Shown here piece by piece: positions 30,524 to 41,080 of a stretch of DNA of 64,000 nucleotides; position 1 is the first letter of the stretch; each line of letters opens with the position of its first letter. Source of the DNA: Bacteroidota bacterium (lineage in GTDB: Bacteria; Bacteroidota; Rhodothermia; Rhodothermales; Bin80); the NCBI GenBank assembly GCA_028875125.1, contig JAPPGC010000016.1:70167-134166 (forward strand). Reading direction: 5' to 3'. A program made the translations under genes and the position numbers. The notes below the pieces were generated by a model. The model was not told where the DNA came from and searched no databases. It saw only the letters and a list, made by a program, of their open reading frames with translations.

Positions 30524-31095
30524 CGAAACCGCTCTATGATCCCTATGAAGTTTTGTAGAAGCCTGTGTCCAGACTCACTCAGTATAGATTCCGGATGAAA
30601 TTGAACGCCAAAAGTAGGGTTCTGCTTGTGTCTCAGCGCCATGATTTCGCCTTCTGAGGACTTAGCTTGAATGATCAGATCCTCGTTATCAATCTGTGTT
30701 ACGATTAGGGAGTGATACAGGCCTACGGTCAGCAGATTGGGCAACCCCTGAAAAAGGTCACATCCATCGTGTATCACGGGGCTTGCCTGACCATACCTTG
30801 GAAACAGAGAATTCGTCACGACTCCACCATAGGATTGTGCGATCGCCTGATGGCCGAGGCACACGCCCAGAATCGGTATCCGCCCTGAAAAATGCGAGAT
30901 TACACTCAGACTGATCCCGGCTTCATTTGGGGTGCAGGGGCCTGGCGAAATCACCAGTGCTTTAGGCCGCATCGCTTCGATATCCTCCAATGTTGAACAA
31001 GCAGATCCAATCACTTCGGTCGTCTCGCCAAGCTCCCGAAGGTAACGGCTCAGGTTGAAGACAAAGCTGTCGTGATTGTCAAGTAGCAAAATCAT
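30511..31095 (-). CDS. pabA: Aminodeoxychorismate/anthranilate synthase component II
   Basis: DN.DSFV.NL, SPGP, GVCLGHQ, YHSL and QFHPES motifs. Confidence 0.9.
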   Translation of the reverse strand: MILLLDNHDSFVFNLSRYLRELGETTEVIGSACSTLEDIEAMRPKALVISPGPCTPNEAGISLSVISHFSGRIPILGVCLGHQAIAQSYGGVVTNSLFPRYGQASPVIHDGCDLFQGLPNLLTVGLYHSLIVTQIDNEDLIIQAKSSEGEIMALRHKQNPTFGVQFHPESILSESGHRLLQNFIGIIERFRCSS

Positions 31096-32434
31096 TCAAC
31101 GATGCCTCTCTAGTCCCGTCAAGGATCTTTTGTGCTTTCAGCAGGGTCTCCGAATACTCCTCATCTGGTTTAGATAAAGAAGTAATTCCACTCCCAACAT
31201 CAAGCCGTGCACGATCACCCTGAAACTGAATGGTCCGAATCATGATGTTAAAGTCTGCCGCGCCATCAAATCCGAAATATCCAAACGATCCGCAAAAAGC
31301 GCGACGGGGCCGCTGTTCTAACTGGTGAATGATCTCCATGGAACGACGTTTTGGTACTCCTGTAACGGATCCCTCTGGGAACACGGCAGACAAAAGATCA
31401 AAGGCATCGTTCCCGTCTTCTAACTGTCCTTGAACAGAAGATGTGAGTTGATGCAGCCCGGCATATGATTCCAGTACGCATAGGTCCTGCACTTTTACCG
31501 AATGAGGCTTACAAACTCGTGACATGTCATTGCGAAGTAAATCAACAATCATAATATTTTCGGCGCGATCCTTCTCAGAATTAAGAAGCCTGTCTCTGAG
31601 TTGTTGATCTTCGCGGGGATTGTCTGATCGTGCAATTGTGCCTTTAATTGGCCTTGCTTCAGCCAATCCCTGCGCGTTCACAGCGATCAATCGTTCTGGA
31701 GACGTACTGGCAATACTCCTCTTGCCGAAGGCGCCGTACGCAGAAAAGGGGGCAGGATTGCTCCGTCGAATGGAAAGATAGATGTGAAACGGATCTGTGT
31801 GCTGGGGTAAATCCGCCGTGAAAGCTTGTGCAAAGTTCGTTTGGTAAATGTCACCTGCTCGAATGAATTCCTTGATTTCTTGCACCGTCTTCAAATAGTT
31901 TGTTTTCGAAATCTCGCTGCGCCAAGTTAGATTCGTCGCGGGCGTGGAAGATTTTTGCGCGTTTCGGATATCTTGTCTGACTGCATTAATGCGGGCTTGT
32001 GCTGTTCGTTTGCACGGCTCACTCGACTCTTTTGCGAAGCCCGATGAGATGATCCATGTCTGATTAGCGTAGTGATCGACGGCAACAATTGTATCGTACA
32101 GCCTGAAGTGACAATGTGCGCCACATTGACCATAAGGCTGCATTGCGTTTCGTGGGCCAACCTCTGCAAACTCGTAATCGAAGAACCCTACCAACCCTCC
32201 CTGAAATGGGGGACCGTGATCAACTTGCCCGGCTGAATAAGAATTGAGTGCGCGTCGCAATTCAGCAATCTTTGCCACTGCAGGGATTGATTCAACCGGA
32301 TCAATACAGAGATAGGAGTAACGGTCAAACCGCAGAGACCTTGATGAGCTGTCAAGCCAAATCAAACCTCGCCGTTGCGCATACGTCTGTGCCAGAGACT
32401 GAAGATCTATTGCGGCTAATGTTAGTGCCCACAT
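31079..32434 (-). CDS. pabB: Aminodeoxychorismate synthase component I
   Basis: PFQGG.VG, GDIYQ, NPAPFS, SPER, PIKGT (PabB-type) and AENIMIVDLLRND motifs. Confidence 0.88.
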   Translation of the reverse strand: MWALTLAAIDLQSLAQTYAQRRGLIWLDSSSRSLRFDRYSYLCIDPVESIPAVAKIAELRRALNSYSAGQVDHGPPFQGGLVGFFDYEFAEVGPRNAMQPYGQCGAHCHFRLYDTIVAVDHYANQTWIISSGFAKESSEPCKRTAQARINAVRQDIRNAQKSSTPATNLTWRSEISKTNYLKTVQEIKEFIRAGDIYQTNFAQAFTADLPQHTDPFHIYLSIRRSNPAPFSAYGAFGKRSIASTSPERLIAVNAQGLAEARPIKGTIARSDNPREDQQLRDRLLNSEKDRAENIMIVDLLRNDMSRVCKPHSVKVQDLCVLESYAGLHQLTSSVQGQLEDGNDAFDLLSAVFPEGSVTGVPKRRSMEIIHQLEQRPRRAFCGSFGYFGFDGAADFNIMIRTIQFQGDRARLDVGSGITSLSKPDEEYSETLLKAQKILDGTREASLNDFAT

Positions 32435-32931
32435 CCTGTTACATATCCCGACTCAGGTCAGGTCAAAGCTCTCTTCTGACCCTAATTTGCAGGGTTGTAA
32501 AGAATTAGATATTCTGTGTTCCTGAATAGGAATGATCTTCGCGGGACCGTAGAAAATTATTTTGACCCCGCCCTCATTTCTATGAAGAGTCGTGCCGAAA
32601 AACCAATTTGGGCTTAGTGATCTCGTGGTCACTCCAGAGTAGATGTAGCGGCGATCAGGCCCGTCAGATAGAGAGATCATTTCGCTTCCGAGCGGATGGC
32701 CACAATTGCTGGACGGATTCTTCTAGTACTCGATAAGACATGCTGTACCCGAACGCACGGCTAACGGCTTTAAGAAGTATGCTCAGTGTTAATGAAGGTG
32801 AGCAGGCGAAGACCGGCAGCATGATACGCACAAAACGCATGGTCCTTGTTGCATCTTTTAAATTCAGGTCTCGTAGGAGTCGTTCGTCGCATTACAGGCA
32901 AAACCAGACGCTTAACTACTCAGACTAATTC

Positions 32932-33453
32932 ATGAAAAGCCCTAGTATACTTATTATTCTTACGCTCTTGGTTGGCGTATTTGCCGGCTGCGCCGGGGAG
33001 GACGACGGAAGAATGGAGGAACAACAGCAGGAGCGTGAGCAGGAGCTCATATCGCTTCAGGAAGAATTCCAGGAAAAAGCAGCGGAGTTGGAACAGGAGG
33101 AGGGGGGCGAGGAAGGAGAATCTGGCACGCAGTACGCGCTAGCGGACACTGCAGAGGAAATCCGGAGTGGGATAGAGTTGACCATCAGCTACGATAGCAC
33201 CCGCGAGGTGTTCAGTGGTACGATTACGAATACGACGGACGAAATAGTCAGAATGGTTCGGGTTGAAGTTCATCTATCAAACGGAGTTGAGCTTGGCCCC
33301 ACGCCTACCGTGGATCTGGCGGCAGGCGAGAGCGGCGAAGTCGAACTTGATGCCAGTTCACAGACTTTTTCTACATTCGGCGCGCACGTCGAAATCGGAT
33401 CTGGCGAACATGGCAGTGGACATAGTGAGGAGGAAGGGGAGCATCGGCCCTAG
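32932..33453 (+). CDS. Hypothetical lipoprotein (paralogue A)
   Basis: Lipobox FAGC, acidic coiled coil, then a beta-sandwich-like domain with VRVEVHLSNGVELGPTP. Confidence 0.85.
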   Translation: MKSPSILIILTLLVGVFAGCAGEDDGRMEEQQQEREQELISLQEEFQEKAAELEQEEGGEEGESGTQYALADTAEEIRSGIELTISYDSTREVFSGTITNTTDEIVRMVRVEVHLSNGVELGPTPTVDLAAGESGEVELDASSQTFSTFGAHVEIGSGEHGSGHSEEEGEHRP

Positions 33454-34032
33454 CCGTTTGCAGATTTGACCAGTGGGATCCAAACTGCTTTCCACGGAAC
33501 TTGAGGGAAGCAGGGATACCGTGTATGCGCCCTGCGCTTCGCTTTTTCGGAAATGCGTCCGGTCGGAGGGCTTTACTTCGGCAATCCTAGTTGAAACTGG
33601 CTAGTTTGGAGTCTTGCTGTGGGGTAAAGACGGTTTTGAACTTCCCCTCTACGGATTTCGTCTCCACATCAATTGCGTATAACTGGCCCGTGTTGTGTAG
33701 GTATGTCAATCTCTTGAACACAACACAACAATTATAGCAGGATTTTTGCCAAGTGTATGTTCGACAAGGATCAGCGTGGCTGGTATGGCCCGGCGGGCTA
33801 TCAAGCAGTACGTAACGCTAATGATGTTGAAAGTAGCCCGGTGTAGTGACACACTGATGCATATTCGACTCCTGTTGGCCTCATTTAATAGTGTGCGTGA
33901 CTACAGGCAGCACGATGCACACTAAGCGTATGATCCGTCTAAACCATCCCATTTTCCGTTTTTCAAACAATCGCATGCATCGTAGCTACTCTGGTTTCAC
34001 ACACTTCCACCAAAACAAAACAGGACGATACC

Positions 34033-34413
34033 ATGAGAAGCTTCAAAGTACTTGCTGTTCTCACCCTTATGATTGGCATTCTGGCCGGATGCGATTCCAT
34101 GGGGGAACAAGGTGAGTCGGGTAGGCAGTTCGCGTTAACCGACACAGCCAAGGAGATTCGCAGCGGAGTCGAATTAGTCATGAATTATGACGGCTCGCGC
34201 AAGGTGTTCACCGGCACGGTCACCAACACCACGAATGCAACGGTCACAAAGGTCAGAGTTGAGATTCATCTGTCAAACGGAGTGGAGCTTGGCCCCACAC
34301 CAAACTTAGATCTCGCTGCTGGAGAGACCGAGTCGGTCGAACTTGATGCCAGTACACACAGTAATTTCAACGCATACAGCGTCCATGTCGAGATTGGGTC
34401 ATCCCGCTCATAG
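34033..34413 (+). CDS. Hypothetical lipoprotein (paralogue B)
   Basis: Lipobox LAGC; same domain, VRVEIHLSNGVELGPTP. Confidence 0.85.
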   Translation: MRSFKVLAVLTLMIGILAGCDSMGEQGESGRQFALTDTAKEIRSGVELVMNYDGSRKVFTGTVTNTTNATVTKVRVEIHLSNGVELGPTPNLDLAAGETESVELDASTHSNFNAYSVHVEIGSSRS

Positions 34414-34801
34414 GCACTCACGCCCTTGAGTACCTACACCGAGACTTGCTGTAGTGACTGCAGCGGTGGACTCTGGACGAGGGAGGCACGGCATGCCAGA
34501 GCTGGAGTGGTCGGCTGCCGCAAATTATTGGAGTCAGAAAGCGGGGAGCGCTTCTGTATACAGAATGCTCCTCGCTGTCCGCTTAGAGGAGACGCCAGCT
34601 TCGATGCAGCGAGCTACAGCAGTCGGACTTGGAGTCGAAAATCATTTCCTGGCGAATCACGAAAACTACTGTCAATTCGAAGTTCACGTCGTCCAGCCGA
34701 CAGTCGAGTTATAGCGCTATTGAGCCTGACTCTTTCATGACTTCATGGGGTTCAGTCAGGATCGTATTTATCAAGTAGTTACGCGGGTTCGCAATTCCCG
34801 G

Positions 34802-36670
34802 TTATTTCCCTAAATACTGGAGTGTACGCTTTGCCGTCGCATCACCGGTCAGCCTGTAGAAATATGTGCCCGTACTGAGGCCGTCCGCGTACAGGACAGT
34901 CGAATGCTTACCCGCAGGATGGTGATGATCAGCCAGCGTACGTACAAGTTGGCCAAGCGTATTGAAGACCTCAAGAACTATATGGCCGGGCCGCCCTACC
35001 CGATAACTAATGACCGTAGCGTCCGTGAAAGGGTTAGGGTAATTACCGAGAAGATCTGTTTTTTCGTTTTTAGGTGTCTCTTCGCTACCGGTGGGGGACC
35101 TCAGTCGAAATTGGAACCAGTTCACCTTTGTCCCATTGCTGAGAAACTGAATCTTCATGATCTGGGTCCCCTCATCCAGGGCAATACCGTCTTCTGTGAT
35201 TACGCGAACGGTCGTAAAGTCATCAAAATGGCTTGGGTGTGTGAAAACACCGATCTTATCTACACCGTCAAATTCAAGCGAAAAGGAAACTTGGTTTGCC
35301 TGACTGGCCAGTCGTACCTGCAGATCGTAGATACCCGACTGGTCTACATGCACGGTATAGGTCACCCATTCACGTCGGGCGATATTCCCGATATGATAGC
35401 CAATACCGTCAGTTGTCGGGAATACATCTACGCCTTCGTCAAGACGAATACCACCGCCCTCATTCGTAGGCGAAAAAGAGGCTTCAAGGTAGGCTACGCC
35501 TGGTCCTCCTAGATCAAAGTACTCTGCCTCTATCCGATCCTGGATAGGGTGGGGGCTCATCAAGTAGGGGGCATTGTCAGTGCATGAATTACCTACGGTC
35601 AGGGACTGCGCATCTGTAATACTGGTCCACCCGCCATCGTCCGTGGCTTCGGCGCGTAATTTGTAACATCCCGCGGATACGTTACTGGTGGACCAACTCC
35701 ATTCCGATGCTCCCCCCGTAATTGTTTCTAGGAGGCCATCGCCCTGATAGAGGTTAACCCGTAGAATGCGACCGTCGGGGTCTACGGATGTGCCCGTAAT
35801 CACGGCTGTCTCGCCGGCTTCCAACGTAGCAGGTGCAGCGAGTGTTACTTGGGGATAATCAATGTAGCGGTATACACGTACATGGTCAATGAGCATCTGC
35901 TGAGGAAAGATGCTGTCGTCAATACCCTGTATTCCTCCCCATGCACCTCCAATGGCAATATTCATAATCAGATGGAAATCCAGGTCAAACGGCCAGCCCT
36001 GCCAATTACTCAGCCCTTTGGAGTACGTCCAGAAATCAACTCCGTCAATGGAAAACACCATCTTCCTCGGCGACCATTCCACGGCGTAAACATGGAAATT
36101 GTCTGAGACACCTGGCACACGCTTACTTCCGCCTCTTTGCGTGTCAATCATGTGGTTGTACGCATCAGTATGAATGGTCGCATGAATTAGATCCTGATCG
36201 AATCCAACGTGCTCCATGATGTCAATTTCACCCGTATCAGGCCACCCCCCATTGCCGTAATGGCTGTCTGTGGGGAGCATCCAGATCGCTGGCCAAGTAC
36301 CTCTTCCAGATGGAAGTTGCGCACGAACCTCTATGCGTCCATACGTCCAATCCCCCTTGTGTTTAGAGACTAGTCGTGCAGAAGTGTAAGAGCGACCGCG
36401 CCAGTCTTCTTTTCTGGCTTCTATGATTAGATGGTCGCCGTCAGCCCTAGCATTTTCTTCCCGGTTTTCCGTGTAGAACTGGTCTTCCTGATTGCCCCAT
36501 CCGTGCCCACCCACATCGTAAGACCAGCGAGAACTATCGGGCAACCCCGTGTAGTCAAATTCATCGTTCCAGATCAACTCCCATGAGGACTGTGCAAACA
36601 GGTGCGGGACCGGCGTCACTCCGATGAGCAAGCAAACAAAAAACGAGGTGGCAGAATGACCTGAACGCAT
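34802..36670 (-). CDS. Secreted GH16 laminarinase with Ig-like and CBM6-like modules and T9SS C-terminal domain
   Basis: W..IWNDEFD, GWGN.E.QFYT, WPAIWML and EIDIME catalytic motif; IEAEYFD..G CBM-like module; NYPNPF...GTYFYRL CTD. Confidence 0.93.
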   Translation of the reverse strand: MRSGHSATSFFVCLLIGVTPVPHLFAQSSWELIWNDEFDYTGLPDSSRWSYDVGGHGWGNQEDQFYTENREENARADGDHLIIEARKEDWRGRSYTSARLVSKHKGDWTYGRIEVRAQLPSGRGTWPAIWMLPTDSHYGNGGWPDTGEIDIMEHVGFDQDLIHATIHTDAYNHMIDTQRGGSKRVPGVSDNFHVYAVEWSPRKMVFSIDGVDFWTYSKGLSNWQGWPFDLDFHLIMNIAIGGAWGGIQGIDDSIFPQQMLIDHVRVYRYIDYPQVTLAAPATLEAGETAVITGTSVDPDGRILRVNLYQGDGLLETITGGASEWSWSTSNVSAGCYKLRAEATDDGGWTSITDAQSLTVGNSCTDNAPYLMSPHPIQDRIEAEYFDLGGPGVAYLEASFSPTNEGGGIRLDEGVDVFPTTDGIGYHIGNIARREWVTYTVHVDQSGIYDLQVRLASQANQVSFSLEFDGVDKIGVFTHPSHFDDFTTVRVITEDGIALDEGTQIMKIQFLSNGTKVNWFQFRLRSPTGSEETPKNEKTDLLGNYPNPFTDATVISYRVGRPGHIVLEVFNTLGQLVRTLADHHHPAGKHSTVLYADGLSTGTYFYRLTGDATAKRTLQYLGK

Positions 36671-37259
36671 ATGGAGACAAAGGAGATAACGGTACGGTAA
36701 ACGGGGTTAAGAAGAAGGCTCGACAGCCCGAGGAATGAACAGGAATCCCAGAAATATGTTCGCACAATTCCGCTGGTTTCGATGAAGTGGAGGATGTATT
36801 GGAACGGTATAGCAGGGCGCGTGGGCAGTTGTTAAAATGACCAATTGGGAGCCGGTCTCGGGTAACGTAAAGGACGCTGAATATTCAGGATAAGAACAAC
36901 GAAAACACGCGGTAATTCTCACCGGGGGATTGACCTCTAGCGTGCATACAAAAGGAAGGAGTAGGGCATGGGAGACCCTGTCGATGTTGGGAGTGCGCAA
37001 TAGCACCCGACGCACAAGAGGGGCAGTCAGGGAGCGGATGGGTCCGTAGTAATGCAGAAGCGCAGGTAATGCCTGTGGAAAGATGGGAGCCTAAGTTGAG
37101 CACTACATGGTTATGGAAGAAGCAGCATCACAACTGACAAGCATCCAACAGGCTCGAACAAAGTTTGTAGACTACAATCAGATTACATAAAAACGCAAAT
37201 AGGCAGGGAGTGGAAATGGACATAAGATGCAACGATAGACAAGCAGCGGAGGGAATACA

Positions 37260-38912
37260 ATGAGGTTTCCCGGCCCTAAAGGCATCGGATTACTTCCTGA
37301 CGCTATGATTTGCTGTGTACTGGCAGGGATTTGCATACTTGTTTCGGGTTGCTCGAACGAAGTTCAGCATTTTACCAACGTGACTCGTGAAGCGGGACTG
37401 GCCGATTTTGCACACGAGAATGGTGCATCTGGCTCAACGTGGATGCCAGAGATCCTGCCGCCGGGCCTTGCGTTTGTGGATTACAATGGCGACGGTCATC
37501 CAGATATAGCACTCGTACAAGGGGGGACGTGGGACTCGCTTGAAGCACAACCACCGGCCATTCGACTCTATGCCAATGATGGCTCAGGCTACTTCAGCGA
37601 GGTTACCCAAGATGCAGGCCTGGAGGAGGTAGTGACTTACGGAATGGGGATTGCATCGGCTGATTACGACAATGATGGTGATGCAGATTTATTCTTAACC
37701 TCATTGGGACATGATATACTACTTCGTAACAACGATGGGGTCTATACTGTGATGCAATCAGGGGCCGAAGGGCCGTTTGCGTGGAGTACTGCGGCTGTAT
37801 TTTTTGATGCAGATCGCGATGGTTGGCTGGATCTCTATGTAGGTGGGTATGTGCGCTGGAACTCCGAAACTGACCTACGGTGTGAAGGGCCGGGTGAAGA
37901 AAAGATTTACTGTACACCGGCAGCATATGATGGGCAGCCTCACCGTTTTTATCATAACAATGCGGATGGGACCTTTACTGATTGGACGGAAGAGGCTGGT
38001 TTTTTATCGACTCCAGGGAAGACATTGGGGGCGGTCCTCCTGGATGTGAATGGCGATCTGTGGCCTGATCTAGCTGTGGCAAACGACCTCGAAAGGGATC
38101 AGTTATACATCAACCTGGGAGATGGCACATTCATAGAGCGTGGGCTAATGGCAGGGATTGCCTATGATGCACGAGGGATTGCAACGGCTGGAATGGGGGT
38201 AGATGCAGGAATTATGAGCGGGGAATGGTCCATATTAGTCGGAAATTTTTCCAATCAGATGATCGGCGTTTGGCAATATGCAGGAGAAGGAGTGTTTCGT
38301 GATCACTCATCTGCGTCACGCATAGGGGGCGCGAGCCGCCAAACCTTGGCATTCGGACTGTTTCTGTTTGACGCTGACCTGGATGGAGATGATGATGTGT
38401 TTGTGGCCAATGGCCACATTCACGAACATGTAGAACATGGATCCAGTGGGATTAAGTTTTATCAGCGACCTCATCTGTTTATTAACATGGGGGATGGGGG
38501 ATTTACAGACGAAGGAATTTTTGAGCCGTTATTGGGGCGGGGAGCAGCGTATGCGGACATAGATCGGGACGGAGATCTGGATATTCTGATGGGTCAGAAT
38601 GGTGCAGGTGTTCGTCTGTGGCGCAACAATATGCAAGGTCGATACCTGCGTGTGAGGCTTGAGGGCGTGAGCAGTAACCGTGATGGTGTTGGGGCATATG
38701 TGAGTCTGTATACGTCTACCGGCTTGAAGCAACGCCATATACGGTCGGGTGGCAGTTATCTGTCGGAATCAGAACGGGTGCTGACCTTTGGTCTGGGTGC
38801 GTCCGACATAGTTGATTCGCTAAATGTTCTATGGCCCAGTGGACAGCGCTCACGTCTAATCGGGTCGCTCGTGAATACGACTACTATTGTTCGTGAAGGT
38901 ACTGCGGAATAG
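37260..38912 (+). CDS. CRTAC1 family (FG-GAP repeats + ASPIC/UnbV) lipoprotein
   Basis: Repeated DxDxDGxxD motifs; SNRDGVGA and GGSYLS.S....FGLG...V.WPSG C-terminal domain; lipobox-like VSGC. Confidence 0.9.
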   Translation: MRFPGPKGIGLLPDAMICCVLAGICILVSGCSNEVQHFTNVTREAGLADFAHENGASGSTWMPEILPPGLAFVDYNGDGHPDIALVQGGTWDSLEAQPPAIRLYANDGSGYFSEVTQDAGLEEVVTYGMGIASADYDNDGDADLFLTSLGHDILLRNNDGVYTVMQSGAEGPFAWSTAAVFFDADRDGWLDLYVGGYVRWNSETDLRCEGPGEEKIYCTPAAYDGQPHRFYHNNADGTFTDWTEEAGFLSTPGKTLGAVLLDVNGDLWPDLAVANDLERDQLYINLGDGTFIERGLMAGIAYDARGIATAGMGVDAGIMSGEWSILVGNFSNQMIGVWQYAGEGVFRDHSSASRIGGASRQTLAFGLFLFDADLDGDDDVFVANGHIHEHVEHGSSGIKFYQRPHLFINMGDGGFTDEGIFEPLLGRGAAYADIDRDGDLDILMGQNGAGVRLWRNNMQGRYLRVRLEGVSSNRDGVGAYVSLYTSTGLKQRHIRSGGSYLSESERVLTFGLGASDIVDSLNVLWPSGQRSRLIGSLVNTTTIVREGTAE

Positions 38913-39737
38913 ATGCGGAGTCGTTGGTTGCTACTGATTCAATTGGTATGGATACTTGGCTGTAAGTCTGCTCCGGCTCCATTACCGGACTCGGCGGCGA
39001 TTCTACTCCAGGAAGCTACCCTTTCGTTAAATGAGAATGCTCCGGGGCGAGCGATCAGCTTGGCCGAACAAGCCGGACAAATAGCACCAGGGCATCCACA
39101 TCCTCATTTTATTCTGGGGCAGGCGCACTACGTTCGTGGCAATTATACGGAGGCGCGCAGATCCTGGGAGACGGCAAGCGGTCTGGATCCAGACAACTGG
39201 GTCTGGTCCCAAACGCTGGGGGATGTAGCTTTTCAGCAGGCAGATTACCAAGCATCTTTAGACTATTATTTGCGTGCAGTCCGTATGCATCCAGACGCCG
39301 TTTCGTGGCATGGCGCCGCCGGTGCATACTGGGAGATGGGCCTTACAGAATATGCCTGGGATGCTTGTCACCAGGCGTTGATTCTCGATCCTGACTATGC
39401 TCCAGCGTACATCAGTCTTGCAATGATTGCGGAGCATATGGGAGAGCTGGAGGATGCGCTAAGCTATGTCGAACAGGCATTAAGCCTGTCTCCTGAGAAT
39501 CCCGCCAGCCTGTTGGCTGCTGGGCGCCTAGCTAGGCTTACCGGCAACGAAGATTACGCTGTATCTGTGCTAAGTAAAGCACTGGAGCAAGTTCCGGGGC
39601 ACCCTGAAATCCTCTATAATCTGGCTATGGCGCTGCTTCAGGCGGGAAAGGGTGAGCAAGCTGCCACGATGTTGGAGGGGTTAGATACCGAAAAAAGCCC
39701 ACCCAATAGGCTCCGGCCAGGCCATGAGATTCGGTAG
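38913..39737 (+). CDS. TPR-repeat lipoprotein
   Basis: ILGC lipobox; tandem TPR patterns (A..LDP, YNLA); abuts the upstream gene. Confidence 0.88.
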   Translation: MRSRWLLLIQLVWILGCKSAPAPLPDSAAILLQEATLSLNENAPGRAISLAEQAGQIAPGHPHPHFILGQAHYVRGNYTEARRSWETASGLDPDNWVWSQTLGDVAFQQADYQASLDYYLRAVRMHPDAVSWHGAAGAYWEMGLTEYAWDACHQALILDPDYAPAYISLAMIAEHMGELEDALSYVEQALSLSPENPASLLAAGRLARLTGNEDYAVSVLSKALEQVPGHPEILYNLAMALLQAGKGEQAATMLEGLDTEKSPPNRLRPGHEIR

Positions 39738-39763
39738 CGCAGAAAGCCAACCGTGGTTGCCTG

Positions 39764-41080
39764 CTATTGGACCATTATCTGAGCGAAAAGGAGCGAGTCA
39801 ATACGGACGGATGCTGTGCTTTGGAGCGCATCAATGAGCGTGCTGTCAGGATCCAGTTGACGCATGGAGTTGGCCAAGTAGGTCCTAGTATAGTATTCCA
39901 CATCTCTTTGTACAATTGCATCCCCTTCCAGGTTAGCGTCTATCCCGGCTAATGCAAAAGCTTCGTTGCGCACCGCACGCCCTATAGAAGCAGCTGGTCT
40001 CGATCTAGCTTCCCTGAAAGGAAGTTCAGAGAACCAGAAAAAATAATCCTCAGCAGTAAAGGTCTGGGCTGTTTCGTTCATGATGAACGTCGCTAAAGGC
40101 GTCGTAGATGTCAGTGGCGGGGCAGGTGTGTCGTAATCATCGTCTAGTGTTACCTGGCCGCCCGAGACCCGACGTTCAATTCGGGAAAGGGCGGCATCCA
40201 GTGCCCGTAAACCCTGTGGGTCAACGCGTACATGAAGGTTCTCCATAAAGGCGCGTACAAAGTGATCCCCTTTCAGCCGGCGCTTACGGATACGCATCAG
40301 GCTTGCAATCCCGGCCTTTCGATTTTGGAATTCCGATTCCGTCATGATTGGGGTTGCAATACGATCTTCAATTTTGATGATGTGCCACCCCTGTCGGCTG
40401 CGCACTGGCGCAGAAAAACTCCCTGTCTCCAACGAAAAGGCCGCCTCAGCGAAGGCATCGTCCACCTGAAAGTAACGAACCTCGCCAAGCCATCCAGCCG
40501 TAGAGTCAAAACTCACGGTCTGGAAGCAGATCTGTGCTTCATCAACAAAAGATGTCCCTGTCTGGAGTCTCGTGTATGCGTCGTTAGCTTCCGTCTCACT
40601 ACCGTAGAAAAGATGACGGGCTATAACGGGTTGCTTATATCGAGCAAATGCTTGGCGAATGTCGGTCTCTGTTGGCTGTGCCAGCTGTTCAAGAAACTCC
40701 AACTCATAGTAACGACCGCCCAAGGCACGTTTTCTGGCCAGGTCGATGAACAGTGCGAGCGAGGTGTCGGCGTCCAGTTCGCGGCGGAGTGCTTCTTCGT
40801 ACCAAAGCTGATCCTCAATCAAGGTGTTTAGGTGGCTGTAGCGTGCACCTGGGGTATCATTTTGACCGCTGCGGATAAGTACATCCACGTAGGAACGTTC
40901 AAATTCACCGACTGTGACACTGTAGCCGTTTACGTCGGCCAGAGCCCGGTCCTTCTCACTTGAAGGCGGGGAACAGCCGGTAGCCAAGAGAAATACTGCC
41001 CCCCAGAGGCTAGAAGTACATCCGAAAATCAACCACTTGTGTCTGCCCGAGAAGGTCGAATGGGGTGTATGCATAATCAA
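39764..41080 (-). CDS. PpiC/SurA-type peptidyl-prolyl isomerase lipoprotein
   Basis: LATGC lipobox; ARHL, GWLG, F.EAAF.L..G..S.PVRS..GWHIIK parvulin motifs. The true start is probably later than 41080. Confidence 0.88.
   Translation of the reverse strand: MIMHTPHSTFSGRHKWLIFGCTSSLWGAVFLLATGCSPPSSEKDRALADVNGYSVTVGEFERSYVDVLIRSGQNDTPGARYSHLNTLIEDQLWYEEALRRELDADTSLALFIDLARKRALGGRYYELEFLEQLAQPTETDIRQAFARYKQPVIARHLFYGSETEANDAYTRLQTGTSFVDEAQICFQTVSFDSTAGWLGEVRYFQVDDAFAEAAFSLETGSFSAPVRSRQGWHIIKIEDRIATPIMTESEFQNRKAGIASLMRIRKRRLKGDHFVRAFMENLHVRVDPQGLRALDAALSRIERRVSGGQVTLDDDYDTPAPPLTSTTPLATFIMNETAQTFTAEDYFFWFSELPFREARSRPAASIGRAVRNEAFALAGIDANLEGDAIVQRDVEYYTRTYLANSMRQLDPDSTLIDALQSTASVRIDSLLFAQIMVQ

Noticed and set aside
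36885-37103. Small Cys-containing ORF (DCPSC) as a DUF2946-like metal-binding peptide
   Set aside because: No signal peptide, no RxPP tail and no TBDR directly downstream; indistinguishable from a chance ORF.
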